A DNA stretch of 64,000 bases, from NCBI GenBank assembly GCA_037139835.1, contig JBAXFQ010000002.1, positions 10,659 through 74,658 of the forward strand, in the 5' to 3' direction. Below, in pieces: positions 8,950 to 17,016 of the stretch. The notes beneath the pieces were generated by a model, which had not been told where the DNA came from, did not search any database, and worked only from the letters and a program-made list of their open reading frames with translations. This DNA comes from Candidatus Nomurabacteria bacterium. Its GTDB lineage: Bacteria; Patescibacteriota; Minisyncoccia; Phycocordibacterales; UBA9973. How positions within the stretch are numbered: the first letter of the stretch is position 1; every line of letters starts with the position of its first letter. Both the position numbers and the translations under genes were made by a program.

Positions 8950-9792
8950 TTAAAAATATTTAATTATAATATAGATCTTTCTAAGTATTGAAACTCGCAC
9001 TCTTTCCTTGAATATTCTTTCGGGCTTCTTCTTTATTTTTTCCATTATTTCTTTATACAAATAAAGGGCTATACGTACCGCCCGCCTCCCTGATTTATTT
9101 AACATTGGTATACCTTTTAGTGCTTCATTGTATAAAATTTCGTTTCTTTCAATTTCATACAGTACTAGTTTTTTCATTTGTTCGCTCATTACTTCATTAT
9201 GAAAATCAGCTTCTGTCATGTTGTATCTTTTTATATCATCTTGAGGTATGTATATGCGCCCACGAGCTAGGTCTTCCTTTATGTCACGTAAAAAGTTTGT
9301 AAGCTGAAATGCTTCCGCTAATGCTTTTGCATAGATTAAAGCCCCATCATTAAAGCCGATTATACAGGACATCATATAACCCACAACAGTAGCTGAACCG
9401 TACATGTATTTCTCAAGTTCACTGTAATTTGCATAACGATTTTTATTCGTATCTTGAAGCATTGAGTCTAGAAATATATCACTGTACTCAAAAGGTATCT
9501 TGCAGTCATTCCAGAGTACTGCATTGGCTCTAAGTACTGGGTTCACATCAGTTGATCCATTATATGCCTTTTCCCATTCATTCTTCCACGCTAAAATTTT
9601 TTGTCTTGCTATATTTGAATCTTTCTCTTCGGTATCAACTATTTCATCAGGATAGCGCACAAATGCATATAATACCCAAGTCCGTTCTCTCAAATTTTTT
9701 GGGAAAAAATATGTAGAAATAAAATACGATGTACCATATGAACGAGTCATATTTTTGCAAATTTGTATATCATTTGATTGGATTTTTTCCAT
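8950..9792 (-). CDS. crtB: phytoene/squalene (dehydrosqualene) synthase family
   Basis: YAFVRYPDEIVD (first Asp-rich motif) and DLARGRIYIP (second motif) of trans-isoprenyl diphosphate synthase head-to-head enzymes. Confidence 0.8.
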   Translation of the reverse strand: MEKIQSNDIQICKNMTRSYGTSYFISTYFFPKNLRERTWVLYAFVRYPDEIVDTEEKDSNIARQKILAWKNEWEKAYNGSTDVNPVLRANAVLWNDCKIPFEYSDIFLDSMLQDTNKNRYANYSELEKYMYGSATVVGYMMSCIIGFNDGALIYAKALAEAFQLTNFLRDIKEDLARGRIYIPQDDIKRYNMTEADFHNEVMSEQMKKLVLYEIERNEILYNEALKGIPMLNKSGRRAVRIALYLYKEIMEKIKKKPERIFKERVRVSILRKIYIIIKYF

Positions 9793-10833
9793 TTAGTATT
9801 TTCTTTTTGTTACTATTGAAAGTAAGTTTATAATTTTTTCTAAGTATTCCTTTTTTAAATTAGATTTTGAGATAGCGTCCAGAGCAATACTTTCTTTCTG
9901 TTTAATAAAATTTTCCGCAAAATTAAAAGCTCCAGTATGCTTTAGAAATAAATTTATTTCCTCTTGGTTATTTATGTTTTTGTTTCCAAACCATTTAGCC
10001 CAAGTCTCATTTTCTTCCATTGTTGCATTTTCATCAATGTATATACTTATCATAGTATGTACTCCGTTTTTCATATCACCCAAGGGGTTCTTTTTAAGTG
10101 TCACTACATCTTTTGTGAAATCAAAAATATCATCTTGCATTTGAAATAGTAAGCCTACAGAATCACCGAAATCCGTAATCCATGAAAAATCTTTAATTTC
10201 ACCTTTGGCTAGTATCGCTCCCAACATTAAAGGGTGGGTGAAAGTATACCTAGCAGTTTTTAAGAGCATCTTATTCTCGGCATTAATCATAGTTACTGAT
10301 TTATCAATAGGATCATATACATCAATCATTTGGCCAATTATTACCTCTTCTGTAAGTAAATGAATAATATTCCAAGATTCCTGCGTTTGATTGCATTTAC
10401 TGAATTCTTTGTATGCCCAAGAAAAAACAAGGTCACCTAATAGTATCGCTATCGACTGACTTATTTGTTTTGCTGTTTCTTTATTTGTTTTAGAATCTAG
10501 GTCCTGTTCTATGTATTTATGTACAGAGGTGGCTCCATGTCGTGTATCTGATGCATCCATGATATCGTCATGAATCAGTGCCATTAAGTGAATTAGCTCT
10601 ATACCTATTAAAGTATTTTTTATGTCATGCCAGTTTTTACCAGAATATATACTATATGTCAGCGCAGTATTGTATGGTCGTATTCTCTTGCCGTTCGAGC
10701 CAATTGTAAGTAAATATTTTAAATAATCTGTACTTGGGTGTAATTTAAGTCTAGAATTTGAATCTGATATTAGCATTTTTAGCTCATTTTCAAATATAAT
10801 ATCAAATTCTACTTTAAAATCATTTATATTCAT
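9793..10833 (-). CDS. polyprenyl diphosphate synthase (GGPP/FPP synthase type)
   Basis: FARM LIHDDIMDASDTRHG and SARM FQMQDDIFDF. Confidence 0.8.
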   Translation of the reverse strand: MNINDFKVEFDIIFENELKMLISDSNSRLKLHPSTDYLKYLLTIGSNGKRIRPYNTALTYSIYSGKNWHDIKNTLIGIELIHLMALIHDDIMDASDTRHGATSVHKYIEQDLDSKTNKETAKQISQSIAILLGDLVFSWAYKEFSKCNQTQESWNIIHLLTEEVIIGQMIDVYDPIDKSVTMINAENKMLLKTARYTFTHPLMLGAILAKGEIKDFSWITDFGDSVGLLFQMQDDIFDFTKDVVTLKKNPLGDMKNGVHTMISIYIDENATMEENETWAKWFGNKNINNQEEINLFLKHTGAFNFAENFIKQKESIALDAISKSNLKKEYLEKIINLLSIVTKRKY

Positions 10834-11000
10834 ATATAGTTTGATAATAACACAATTTTACACAATTAAAAAAGCAGAATCTTCACTCACAAGGCTGCAT
10901 GATTACTCATTCGACTTTATATGAATTTAAAGTCTTATTCATAATTAATAAAATTTATCATGAATATGACATTTAGCTATATTTCTGTTATATTCTATCT

Positions 11001-12113
11001 ATGTCACTATCAATCGGAATCGTAGGTCTACCAAACGTCGGGAAGTCGACACTTTTTAACGCTCTTACAAAGAAGGGTGTGCCTTGCGAGAACTACCCAT
11101 TTTGTACGATAGATCCTTCTGTAGGTGTCGTGGCTGTTCCTGACGATCGTATATGGAAGCTCTCAGAATTCTCGAAATCTGCCAAGACTATTCCTGCCGC
11201 TATTGAATTCGTAGATATTGCCGGACTCGTAAAAGGAGCATCGGAGGGTGAAGGACTTGGAAATAAATTCTTGGCCAACATTCGTGAAGTGGATGCAATC
11301 CTTGAAATGGTCAGAATCTTTCCACTCAAGAATGATAAAGGCGATGAGATATTACATGTCATGGGCGATATTGATCCACTTCGTGATATAGAAATAATTA
11401 ATTTAGAATTAATCCTTGCCGACTTAGAAACAGCTGTAAAAAGGAAGAACAATATCGCTCGAGAAATCAGACGTGGAGATAAAGAATTTATCCTAGAAGA
11501 AGAAGCTTTAAATAAAATTATTCCGACACTTGAAGCTGGCAAGCTTGCCAACACTATAGACTTCAATGAAAAAGAATTAGAGAAAGTAAAACAACTTGGT
11601 CTTTTGACTATGAAGCCATTTATATATGGACTCAATAAAAGAGCTGGAGCTGAAAATCTAGATACTTCAAATCCAGAAATTTTTAAAGAGCTCACAGACT
11701 ATATTGAAAGCATGGGTTCAAGATATGTGGTGATAGATGCAAAGATTGAACATGAACTTATGGACTTTGAAGGAGAAGAGAAGGAAATGTTCCGAAAAGA
11801 ACTTGGAGGGGATGATGATGGTATAAATAGTCTTATAACCGAAGGGTATAAGCTCCTAGGTCTAGATACTTACTTTACGACCGGAGAGGATGAGACGAGA
11901 GCTTGGACAATAAAAAAGGGAAGTACTGCACCTGTCGCTGGTATGGCTATACATACAGACTTCAAAGATAAATTTATAAGAGCTGAAGTAGTTTTCTGGA
12001 AAGATTTACTAGACTCAGGTAGCTATGCTGAAGCTCGCTCAAAAGGAAAAGTCCGAACAGAAGGAAAGGAATATATAGTGAAGAATGGAGATGTCGTAGA
12101 ATTCAAAATTTAA
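11001..12113 (+). CDS. ychF: ribosome-binding ATPase YchF (Obg-family)
   Basis: GIVGLPNVGKSTLFNALT P-loop; C-terminal TGS-like region; length 370 aa. Confidence 0.9.
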   Translation: MSLSIGIVGLPNVGKSTLFNALTKKGVPCENYPFCTIDPSVGVVAVPDDRIWKLSEFSKSAKTIPAAIEFVDIAGLVKGASEGEGLGNKFLANIREVDAILEMVRIFPLKNDKGDEILHVMGDIDPLRDIEIINLELILADLETAVKRKNNIAREIRRGDKEFILEEEALNKIIPTLEAGKLANTIDFNEKELEKVKQLGLLTMKPFIYGLNKRAGAENLDTSNPEIFKELTDYIESMGSRYVVIDAKIEHELMDFEGEEKEMFRKELGGDDDGINSLITEGYKLLGLDTYFTTGEDETRAWTIKKGSTAPVAGMAIHTDFKDKFIRAEVVFWKDLLDSGSYAEARSKGKVRTEGKEYIVKNGDVVEFKI

Positions 12114-12205
12114 TAATTTTGAATTCGGAGATCCTGAGTACTCGAAGGGTCAGTAGATTCCAAAATTTAATAATTTTGAATTCGGAGATCCTGAGTACTA
12201 GAAGG
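12096..12205 (+). repeat. tandem duplication (2 x 53 nt, period 57) of a terminator-like hairpin GAATTCAAAATT-TAAT-AATTTTGAATTC spanning the ychF stop codon
   Basis: Copies at 12096-12148 and 12153-12205 differ at about 2 positions; each holds a 12-bp perfect stem. Confidence 0.8.
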
Positions 12206-12226
12206 ATTAAATAAGATTTAATTTGT

Positions 12227-12670
12227 ATGATTGATCAAAATATTTTTAATAGAAATTTGGATTTCATCGGAGTAAAAGGAATGGTATTTATTGATGGTAA
12301 AATCATAGTTATCCGAAGAGATAATAATACTAAAATCTTTCCTCTTCGCATTGACTTGCCTGGTGGAGGAAGAGAAAAAGGAGAGTCCCCATTTGAGACT
12401 TTCAAAAGAGAGTTAAAAGAAGAATTAAGTATAGATATAAATGAAGAAGACATTCTCTTTGCTTATTTATATGGCGATGAAACATATAAAGAGCATCTAG
12501 CTTATTTCATGGTTACAAAAAATTTAAATATTAAAAAAGAATATGTTGTTTTGGGTAATGAAGGGCTCGAATTTAAATTTATTAGTCCAGAAGAATTTAT
12601 TGATTTAGATGATAGTATAATACACTTACAATCGGAGGTGAAAAAATATTTAAACAGTATTAAAAAATGA
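12227..12670 (+). CDS. NUDIX hydrolase
   Basis: Nudix box GGGREKGESPFETFKRELKEELS (GX5EX7REUXEEXGU). Confidence 0.75.
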   Translation: MIDQNIFNRNLDFIGVKGMVFIDGKIIVIRRDNNTKIFPLRIDLPGGGREKGESPFETFKRELKEELSIDINEEDILFAYLYGDETYKEHLAYFMVTKNLNIKKEYVVLGNEGLEFKFISPEEFIDLDDSIIHLQSEVKKYLNSIKK

Positions 12671-12710
12671 AAACCGACTGCATGGGAGCAATCGGTTTTT
12701 AATTTTTTAC
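12670..12710 (+). terminator. rho-independent terminator after the NUDIX gene
   Basis: AAAACCGACTG...CAATCGGTTTTTAATTTTTT hairpin plus T-run. Confidence 0.55.
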
Positions 12711-12720
12711 GTCACAATAT

Positions 12721-13125
12721 TTAAACTGTTTGACTTTCAAATGAATATTCTTCAACTCTCCAGTTTAAAACATCATCGACGTTTACTTTGAAAACAAACA
12801 AGTTTTCAGAGTCTTTGTCATGTATGCATATATGACAAAACTCACAGATGTCTGTAGTGTCAGGAGTAATATATTTGTTGCTCCTAATCTTTTCCTTAAA
12901 TGGTGCTATTAAAATGGCATCACCTAGGGTTGTTTCTTTTCTGGGGTGTTTTAGCTTCACCCTTGTCCCGTCCCAGTACCAAAGGTATACATCTTGGTTT
13001 TGAGAAAAAATTTGGTCAAAATTAATGATTGATTTTCTTTCAAACCTAAATTTTACTTTAAGTTTTTTAGCCAATTCAGCTAGGTCCAATGGACCTGATA
13101 GAAGATTTACTGCTCCAGAAGACAT
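12721..13125 (-). CDS. hypothetical protein (134 aa)
   Basis: ORF track; several Cys/His (CEFCHICIH) suggest possible metal binding; no family recognised. Confidence 0.35.
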   Translation of the reverse strand: MSSGAVNLLSGPLDLAELAKKLKVKFRFERKSIINFDQIFSQNQDVYLWYWDGTRVKLKHPRKETTLGDAILIAPFKEKIRSNKYITPDTTDICEFCHICIHDKDSENLFVFKVNVDDVLNWRVEEYSFESQTV

Positions 13126-13234
13126 AATTTAATATTTTAAATGAATAATCAATTTTTTGTATTATAACATAATTTATTAAAAAATCAAATTTAATCTATT
13201 TGTCATATATTTATCTTATGGTATAAATTAGTTT

Positions 13235-13810
13235 ATGCACGATAGTTATCAAAAAGCAGAAAATATTTTAAAAAATGATGGAGTTGTGGTATTACCGACG
13301 GATACTTTGTATGGCTTGATGGCAAGTGTATATTCTAAAAAAGCCGTAGAAAAAATTTTTAAAATAAAAGAAAGGGATAAGAGCAAGGCCTTGATAGTGC
13401 TCATATCTTCATTAAAAGATTTGGCTGTTTTTGGAATAAAGATAGAAAAAGAACAGGCCAAAATTTTGGAAAAATTTTGGCCTGGAAAAGTAAGCGTCTT
13501 ATTATCTTGTAAAAGTTCTAAATATAAATATATACACAGAGGAACTGGCGAAATTGCTTTTAGGATGATAGGCTCTAGAAATAAAAATTTATACAATTTA
13601 TTGGAAAAAGTAGGTCCAATTGTTGCTCCAAGCGCCAATAAAGAAGGAGGAAAGCCATCCGAGGCAGTTATGGATGCCAGAGAATATTTTGGTGATTTAG
13701 TCGATCTATATATAAATGGTGGTAAAAAAATAGGGGAACCTTCAACTATTATTAGGCTCAAAAATGATGGGTTCGAGGTATTGCGACAAGGTAAAGTTTT
13801 TTTGGTATAA
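13235..13810 (+). CDS. tsaC: L-threonylcarbamoyladenylate synthase (YrdC/Sua5 family, TsaC)
   Basis: GVVVLPTDTLYGLMASV...SKALIVLI matches the YrdC-domain N-terminal signature; ~190 aa single domain. Confidence 0.8.
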   Translation: MHDSYQKAENILKNDGVVVLPTDTLYGLMASVYSKKAVEKIFKIKERDKSKALIVLISSLKDLAVFGIKIEKEQAKILEKFWPGKVSVLLSCKSSKYKYIHRGTGEIAFRMIGSRNKNLYNLLEKVGPIVAPSANKEGGKPSEAVMDAREYFGDLVDLYINGGKKIGEPSTIIRLKNDGFEVLRQGKVFLV

Positions 13811-13820
13811 TACACCCATT

Positions 13821-14369
13821 ATGGAACCAAATATAAATAATCCAAAACAATCAAATTTTGTGAAGATATCTATTATTATTGCTATTGTTATTGTTATGAA
13901 TATGTTTTTTAATTATGCGGTTTCTCTTGTCTATAAAGAGCCTGTTTTTGATGCATATGTAAAGCCTACACAGGTTGTAGAAACAATAAAGACAAAAGAT
14001 CAATGTATCTCTGTCGGAGGACAATGGAGTGAAAATGCATATCCAAGTCCTGATATAAAAGGAAAGACAGAAGTTCAAGGTTATTGTGATCAGAATTATA
14101 CTAAACAATTAAATTATGATGCTGCTCGAAAAGTATACGAGAAGAAAGTATTCATCACTCTTATCGTTCTCGGTATTATATCTCTTATCGCTGGTGGATT
14201 CATCACTATATCTATCCTATCTATTGCTTTTGCTTGGGGAGGAGTACTCTCACTTATAATCGCTTCTATGCGTTACTGGTCTCAGGCTGACAATTTAGCA
14301 AAAGTCGTAATACTTGCTCTGGCATTAGGAATTCTGATCTGGCTAGCAATAAAGAAATTTAATAAATAG
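13821..14369 (+). CDS. hypothetical membrane protein
   Basis: Start moved to ATG 13821 (MEPNINN...) to avoid overlap with tsaC; two predicted TM segments. Confidence 0.4.
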   Translation: MEPNINNPKQSNFVKISIIIAIVIVMNMFFNYAVSLVYKEPVFDAYVKPTQVVETIKTKDQCISVGGQWSENAYPSPDIKGKTEVQGYCDQNYTKQLNYDAARKVYEKKVFITLIVLGIISLIAGGFITISILSIAFAWGGVLSLIIASMRYWSQADNLAKVVILALALGILIWLAIKKFNK

Positions 14370-14383
14370 ACAAAAGAATACTA

Positions 14384-16963
14384 ATGAAAAACTATGATCA
14401 TAAGAAAATAGAAAAGAAATGGCAAAAAGAATGGGAAAAGAATGATGTTTATAAAACATTAAATCCTGGTAAGACTAAGAAGATGTACGTACTAGATATG
14501 TTTCCATATCCTTCTGGTGTGGGGCTTCATGTCGGACATCCACGTGGATACATAGGAAGTGATATCTATGCTCGTATGAAAAAGATGGAAGGCTACAATG
14601 TACTTCATCCTATGGGTTATGATGCTTTCGGTCTACCAGCTGAGCAGTACGCACTCCAACATAAGATTCATCCAAGAAAAGCTGTAGAAGAAAATGTTAA
14701 AACTTTTAAACATCAACTTTCTATTATAGGTATGTCGTATGATTGGTCTAAAGAAGTAAATACTACAGACCCTAAATATTATAAGTGGACACAGTGGATC
14801 TTTTTAGAGATATACAATTCTTGGTATGACAAGACAAAGAATAAAGCTCGTAAGATAGATGAGCTAATATCCATTTTTGAAAAAAGCGGTAATGGCAAAG
14901 TTCACGCAGCTTGTAATATGAATACAGAAATTTTTACTGCTAAAGAATGGAAGATTTTTTCAAAACTAGAAAAGCAGTCAGTCTTAATGAAATACAGACT
15001 TGCATATGAAGGACATAGTGAAGTGAATTGGTGTAAAGAGTTGGGCACTGTCTTGGCCAATGATGAGATAGTCACAGATGATAAAGGAAATATTGTTTCT
15101 GAGAGAGGTGGCTATCCTGTAGAGAAGAAGTCAATGCGTCAGTGGTTCATGCGTATTACAGCCTATGCTGATAGGCTTCTTTCTGGTTTAGATACTCTTT
15201 CATGGAGTGATTCTATTAAAGAAATTCAAAAGAATTGGATTGGCAAAAGTGAGGGATCATTGGTTAAATTTTCCGTAAAAGATAATTTTGAAAAAATAGA
15301 AGTTTTCACAACTCGTATCGACACTATCTTCTCTGGAACATTTTTAGTTATTGCTCCTGAACATATTTTTATACAAAAAAATAAAAGTATTATTACTAAT
15401 TATTCAGAAGTTGAAAAATATCTAGAAGAAGTAAAAAATAAAACAGACGAGGATAGAATGAATAAGGATAATAAAACAGGAGTAGAATTAAAAGGTATAA
15501 GTGTAATTAATCCAGCCACAAATAAAGAAATGCCAGTATGGGTAGCTGACTTCGTATTGGGATCTTATGGTACAGGAGCTGTGTTTGCAGATGCCCATGA
15601 CAAAAGAGACTTCGATATGGCCAAAAAATATAATATACCATTGTCTGTATCTATTAAGCCTGATAACGACGCTCTATTTGAAAGAGTTAAAAATCTAGAA
15701 GAATGTTTTGAAGGAAAGGGTATTTTATTTAATTCTGGTGAATTCGATGGTATGACTTCAGATGAAGCAAGATCAAAAATTACAGAATGGCTTTCTACTA
15801 AAAATTTAGCATCTAAAACTATTAAATACAAAATGCGAGATGCCATCTTTGCTCGTCAGAGATACTGGGGTGAACCGATACCACTTAAGCATGATAAAGA
15901 TGGATTGATCACAGATTTAAAATTAAAAAATCTTCCTTTAGAATTACCAAATGTTAAATCATACGAGCCTATAGGTACAGGTGAGTCACCACTTGCTGGA
16001 GTTAAATCATGGATAAAGGAGGGATACGAGACAAATACAATGCCGGGTTGGGCAGGTAGTTCTTGGTATTTCTTGCGCTACATGGATCCAACAAATGGAA
16101 AAGTTTTTGCCGCAAAGAAAAATATAGATTATTGGAATACCGTAGATATGTATGTAGGAGGAGCTGAGCATGCAACTGGCCATCTACTCTATTCACGCTT
16201 TTGGAATAATTTTTTGTATGACATGGATTATGTACCCTTTAGAGAACCTTTTAAGAGACTAAAGAATCAGGGTATGATTTTAGCTACAGATGGACGCAAG
16301 ATGAGTAAGAGATGGAATAATGTTATCAATCCAGATGATATCGTAGATAATTATGGAGCAGATACTCTCCGAGTCTATGAGATGTTTATGGGTCCATTTG
16401 ATCAGAGTTTACCTTGGTCTACTGAAAGTATTATCGGTTCTAGAAGATTTATCGATAAAGTTTGTAGACTTAAAGAAAAAACCGTTGAAATAAAAAGTGA
16501 CTTAGAACTCGAAAAAGTTCTCCACAAAACGATAAAAAAGGTTACAGAAGATATAGAGTCTATGAGTTTCAATACTGCTATTTCTTCTATGATGATCTTA
16601 GTAAATGAGATGGAAAAAGCAGGGAATATACCAGTAAAAGATTTTAAAATGTTTCTCCAAATTCTTGCTCCATTTGCACCTCATATAACAGAAGAACTTT
16701 GGTGTAATCTTGGAGAGAAGAAGTCGATACATAGAAGTCTATGGCCAAAGTGGGATAAAAAGAAGGTAGTAGACGATACTATCAAGATAGCAGTTCAAGT
16801 AGGGGGTAAAGTTCGAGGTGAAATCATAGTGGATAAGGATATTACAGAAGACCAGATAAAAGAGTTGGTTTTGAAGGAAAAATTTGTAATTCCTTGGGTT
16901 GAAAATAAAATTATTAAAAGAATTATTTATGTGAAGGGTAGGATTGTGAATATCGTTATCTAG
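14384..16963 (+). CDS. leuS: leucyl-tRNA synthetase
   Basis: Class I motifs HVGHPRGY (HIGH) and RKMSKRWNN (KMSKS); 859 aa. Confidence 0.95.
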   Translation: MKNYDHKKIEKKWQKEWEKNDVYKTLNPGKTKKMYVLDMFPYPSGVGLHVGHPRGYIGSDIYARMKKMEGYNVLHPMGYDAFGLPAEQYALQHKIHPRKAVEENVKTFKHQLSIIGMSYDWSKEVNTTDPKYYKWTQWIFLEIYNSWYDKTKNKARKIDELISIFEKSGNGKVHAACNMNTEIFTAKEWKIFSKLEKQSVLMKYRLAYEGHSEVNWCKELGTVLANDEIVTDDKGNIVSERGGYPVEKKSMRQWFMRITAYADRLLSGLDTLSWSDSIKEIQKNWIGKSEGSLVKFSVKDNFEKIEVFTTRIDTIFSGTFLVIAPEHIFIQKNKSIITNYSEVEKYLEEVKNKTDEDRMNKDNKTGVELKGISVINPATNKEMPVWVADFVLGSYGTGAVFADAHDKRDFDMAKKYNIPLSVSIKPDNDALFERVKNLEECFEGKGILFNSGEFDGMTSDEARSKITEWLSTKNLASKTIKYKMRDAIFARQRYWGEPIPLKHDKDGLITDLKLKNLPLELPNVKSYEPIGTGESPLAGVKSWIKEGYETNTMPGWAGSSWYFLRYMDPTNGKVFAAKKNIDYWNTVDMYVGGAEHATGHLLYSRFWNNFLYDMDYVPFREPFKRLKNQGMILATDGRKMSKRWNNVINPDDIVDNYGADTLRVYEMFMGPFDQSLPWSTESIIGSRRFIDKVCRLKEKTVEIKSDLELEKVLHKTIKKVTEDIESMSFNTAISSMMILVNEMEKAGNIPVKDFKMFLQILAPFAPHITEELWCNLGEKKSIHRSLWPKWDKKKVVDDTIKIAVQVGGKVRGEIIVDKDITEDQIKELVLKEKFVIPWVENKIIKRIIYVKGRIVNIVI

Positions 16964-17016
16964 TTATATTTGATTATATCGTGTATAATAAATTAATATT
17001 AATATATTACAAAAAT

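Noticed and set aside
8089-10149. Small ORFs 8089..8313, 8528..8716, 9105..9302, 9964..10149 (+)
   Set aside because: All antisense within crtI/crtB/polyprenyl synthase genes, which have strong motifs.
11093-11695. 200-aa antisense ORF inside ychF
   Set aside because: Ser/Ile-rich low-complexity translation opposite a highly conserved GTPase gene.
12235-12453. Antisense ORF inside the NUDIX gene
   Set aside because: Shadow ORF; the NUDIX box is on the plus strand.
13249-14108. ORFs 13249..13815(-) and 13851..14108(-)
   Set aside because: Antisense to tsaC and the downstream membrane-protein gene; no motifs.
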